A DNA stretch of 64,000 nt from Microcoleus sp. Lineage in GTDB: Bacteria > Cyanobacteriota > Cyanobacteriia > Cyanobacteriales > Microcoleaceae. This document shows, one piece after another, positions 63,070 through 64,000 of the stretch (position 1 is the stretch's first letter; each line of letters opens with the position of its first letter). Where the stretch lies: positions 64,001 to 128,000 of the forward strand of contig JAYFMW010000028.1 in assembly GCA_042408215.1 (NCBI GenBank), given 5' to 3'. Position numbers and translations under genes: made by a program. Under the pieces are notes generated by a model. The model was not told the origin of the DNA, searched no databases, and saw only the letters and a program-made list of their open reading frames with translations.

Positions 63070-63555
63070 TGTTTTATCTCCTGTATGAAAAACGCAAAAC
63101 TCCCTTCTAGTTTTCAAGCTAGGCGGGGAGTTGTATCAATGTATTACAAAATGGGAATTTGCCAGCCACATTTTCATGTCTTGCCAATTTGCAAGTGCCA
63201 GGATTTTCTTAAAACTGTCCATTTTTTATTATAGTGCAAGATCTCGATCGCAAATCTTAAGAAAATTAGCTTTTCAAACTGATGTCGATCGCGAAATACG
63301 ATCGGAGAATGCAGTGCGATCGCATCCTGGGTAACGCACGATCGGGTTGTGGGCTGGAAGACTTCGCACCTTGGCGGCTGGTTGAATCGAGGCAAGATAC
63401 TCGCATCCTCGCTACCGCAAAACCCGATGTCAGCTAAATATTGGCTGAAGTCCTTCTCTAATTTCCGGATGGCTGGTGTGGCTCGCTGAAAATATCATCT
63501 AACAGCAAAAAAGTATCATTTGCCACATCGTCCAAACAAGACAGCGAGGTTAAGC

Positions 63556-63894
63556 GTGAAACAGATTGTTAAATTTTGCCTGGAAAGCGGCGACTCCATT
63601 TTTGTGGAGGTAGATAAGCCAGCACCAACTGACGATCGCATCGGTCTTCGCGATGAACTCACTCAAATAGCACAACAGACTTTCGAGTCTGCCCTCGAAA
63701 AAATCAAGCCCCTAACGAATGCCATTATGACCAAGGTGCGTAGTCTGAACGATCCAGCCGATGAAGTGGAAGTCAAATTTGGTATCAAAATGAGTGCTGA
63801 ACTGGGCGCGGTTATTGCTTCTGGCAATGGTGAAGTCAACTATGAAATTACGCTGAAGTGGCAAAGGAAGTCACAAGATGACAGCAGCACTTGA
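63556..63894 (+). CDS. Trypsin-co-occurring domain protein (Trypco1/CU044_2847-like)
   Basis: FESALEKIKP....DEVEVKFGIKMSAELGAVIASG.GEVNYEITLKW; overlaps a trypsin-like gene. Confidence 0.8.
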   Translation: MKQIVKFCLESGDSIFVEVDKPAPTDDRIGLRDELTQIAQQTFESALEKIKPLTNAIMTKVRSLNDPADEVEVKFGIKMSAELGAVIASGNGEVNYEITLKWQRKSQDDSST

Positions 63895-64000
63895 TTCATC
63901 GCTGGTCAGAATTTATTCAAATGGGGGAAATGTTGTTGGTGCTGGCTTCTTAGTTTCCCAACAGCGCATCCTCACCTGCGCCCATGTGATAGCCGATGCT
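63878..64000 (+). CDS. Trypsin-like serine protease, 3'-truncated by window edge
   Basis: Manual translation MTAALDSSLVRIYSNGGNVVGAGFLVSQQRILTCAHVIADA (G.GFLV..ILTCAHV). Confidence 0.82.
   Translation, partial: MTAALDSSLVRIYSNGGNVVGAGFLVSQQRILTCAHVIADA

Noticed and set aside
63133..63147. Possible NtcA box upstream of gabD
   Set aside because: Spacing is GTA-N9-TAC rather than the canonical GTA-N8-TAC.

Overview
Chromosomal window from a filamentous cyanobacterium. The HIP1 octamer GCGATCGC is abundant, heptamer STRR arrays and many REP/MITE-like palindromes are present, and gene content is Microcoleus/Oscillatoriales-like (inference). Housekeeping content: aminopeptidase P, tRNA-Thr, sulfate ABC genes (sbp-cysT-cysW-NIL), cytM/petG, glycosyltransferases with rfbA, ddpX, marR-emrA, rpmH-rnpA-PH-yidC-jag-yceD-ycf46, a peptidoglycan-binding gene with furA and sigC, lipA, tRNA-Pro, xth, and 2-oxoglutarate decarboxylase with SSADH. 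There is also a 2067-aa RTX surface protein. Accessory content: two TnpB elements, two ORF-less IS200/IS605 derivatives, a nested REP/MITE/ISAs1 structure, three large palindrome-derived tandem arrays (none is a CRISPR), a toxin-antitoxin cluster and a Trypco-trypsin pair at the right edge. The most notable signals are: (i) two tandem genes sharing a promoter and a ~215-aa N-terminus but with unrelated C-terminal membrane modules, next to a divergent HTH-NB-ARC gene and operator-like repeats; (ii) about 12 same-strand boxA-like CTCTTTGACAACAT motifs confined to 36.96-38.5 kb; (iii) TnpB-less elements that keep both ends, one with a recognisable omega-RNA scaffold; (iv) HIP1-anchored repeats around TA cassettes. 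Four genes carry single-base duplications that may be assembly errors.
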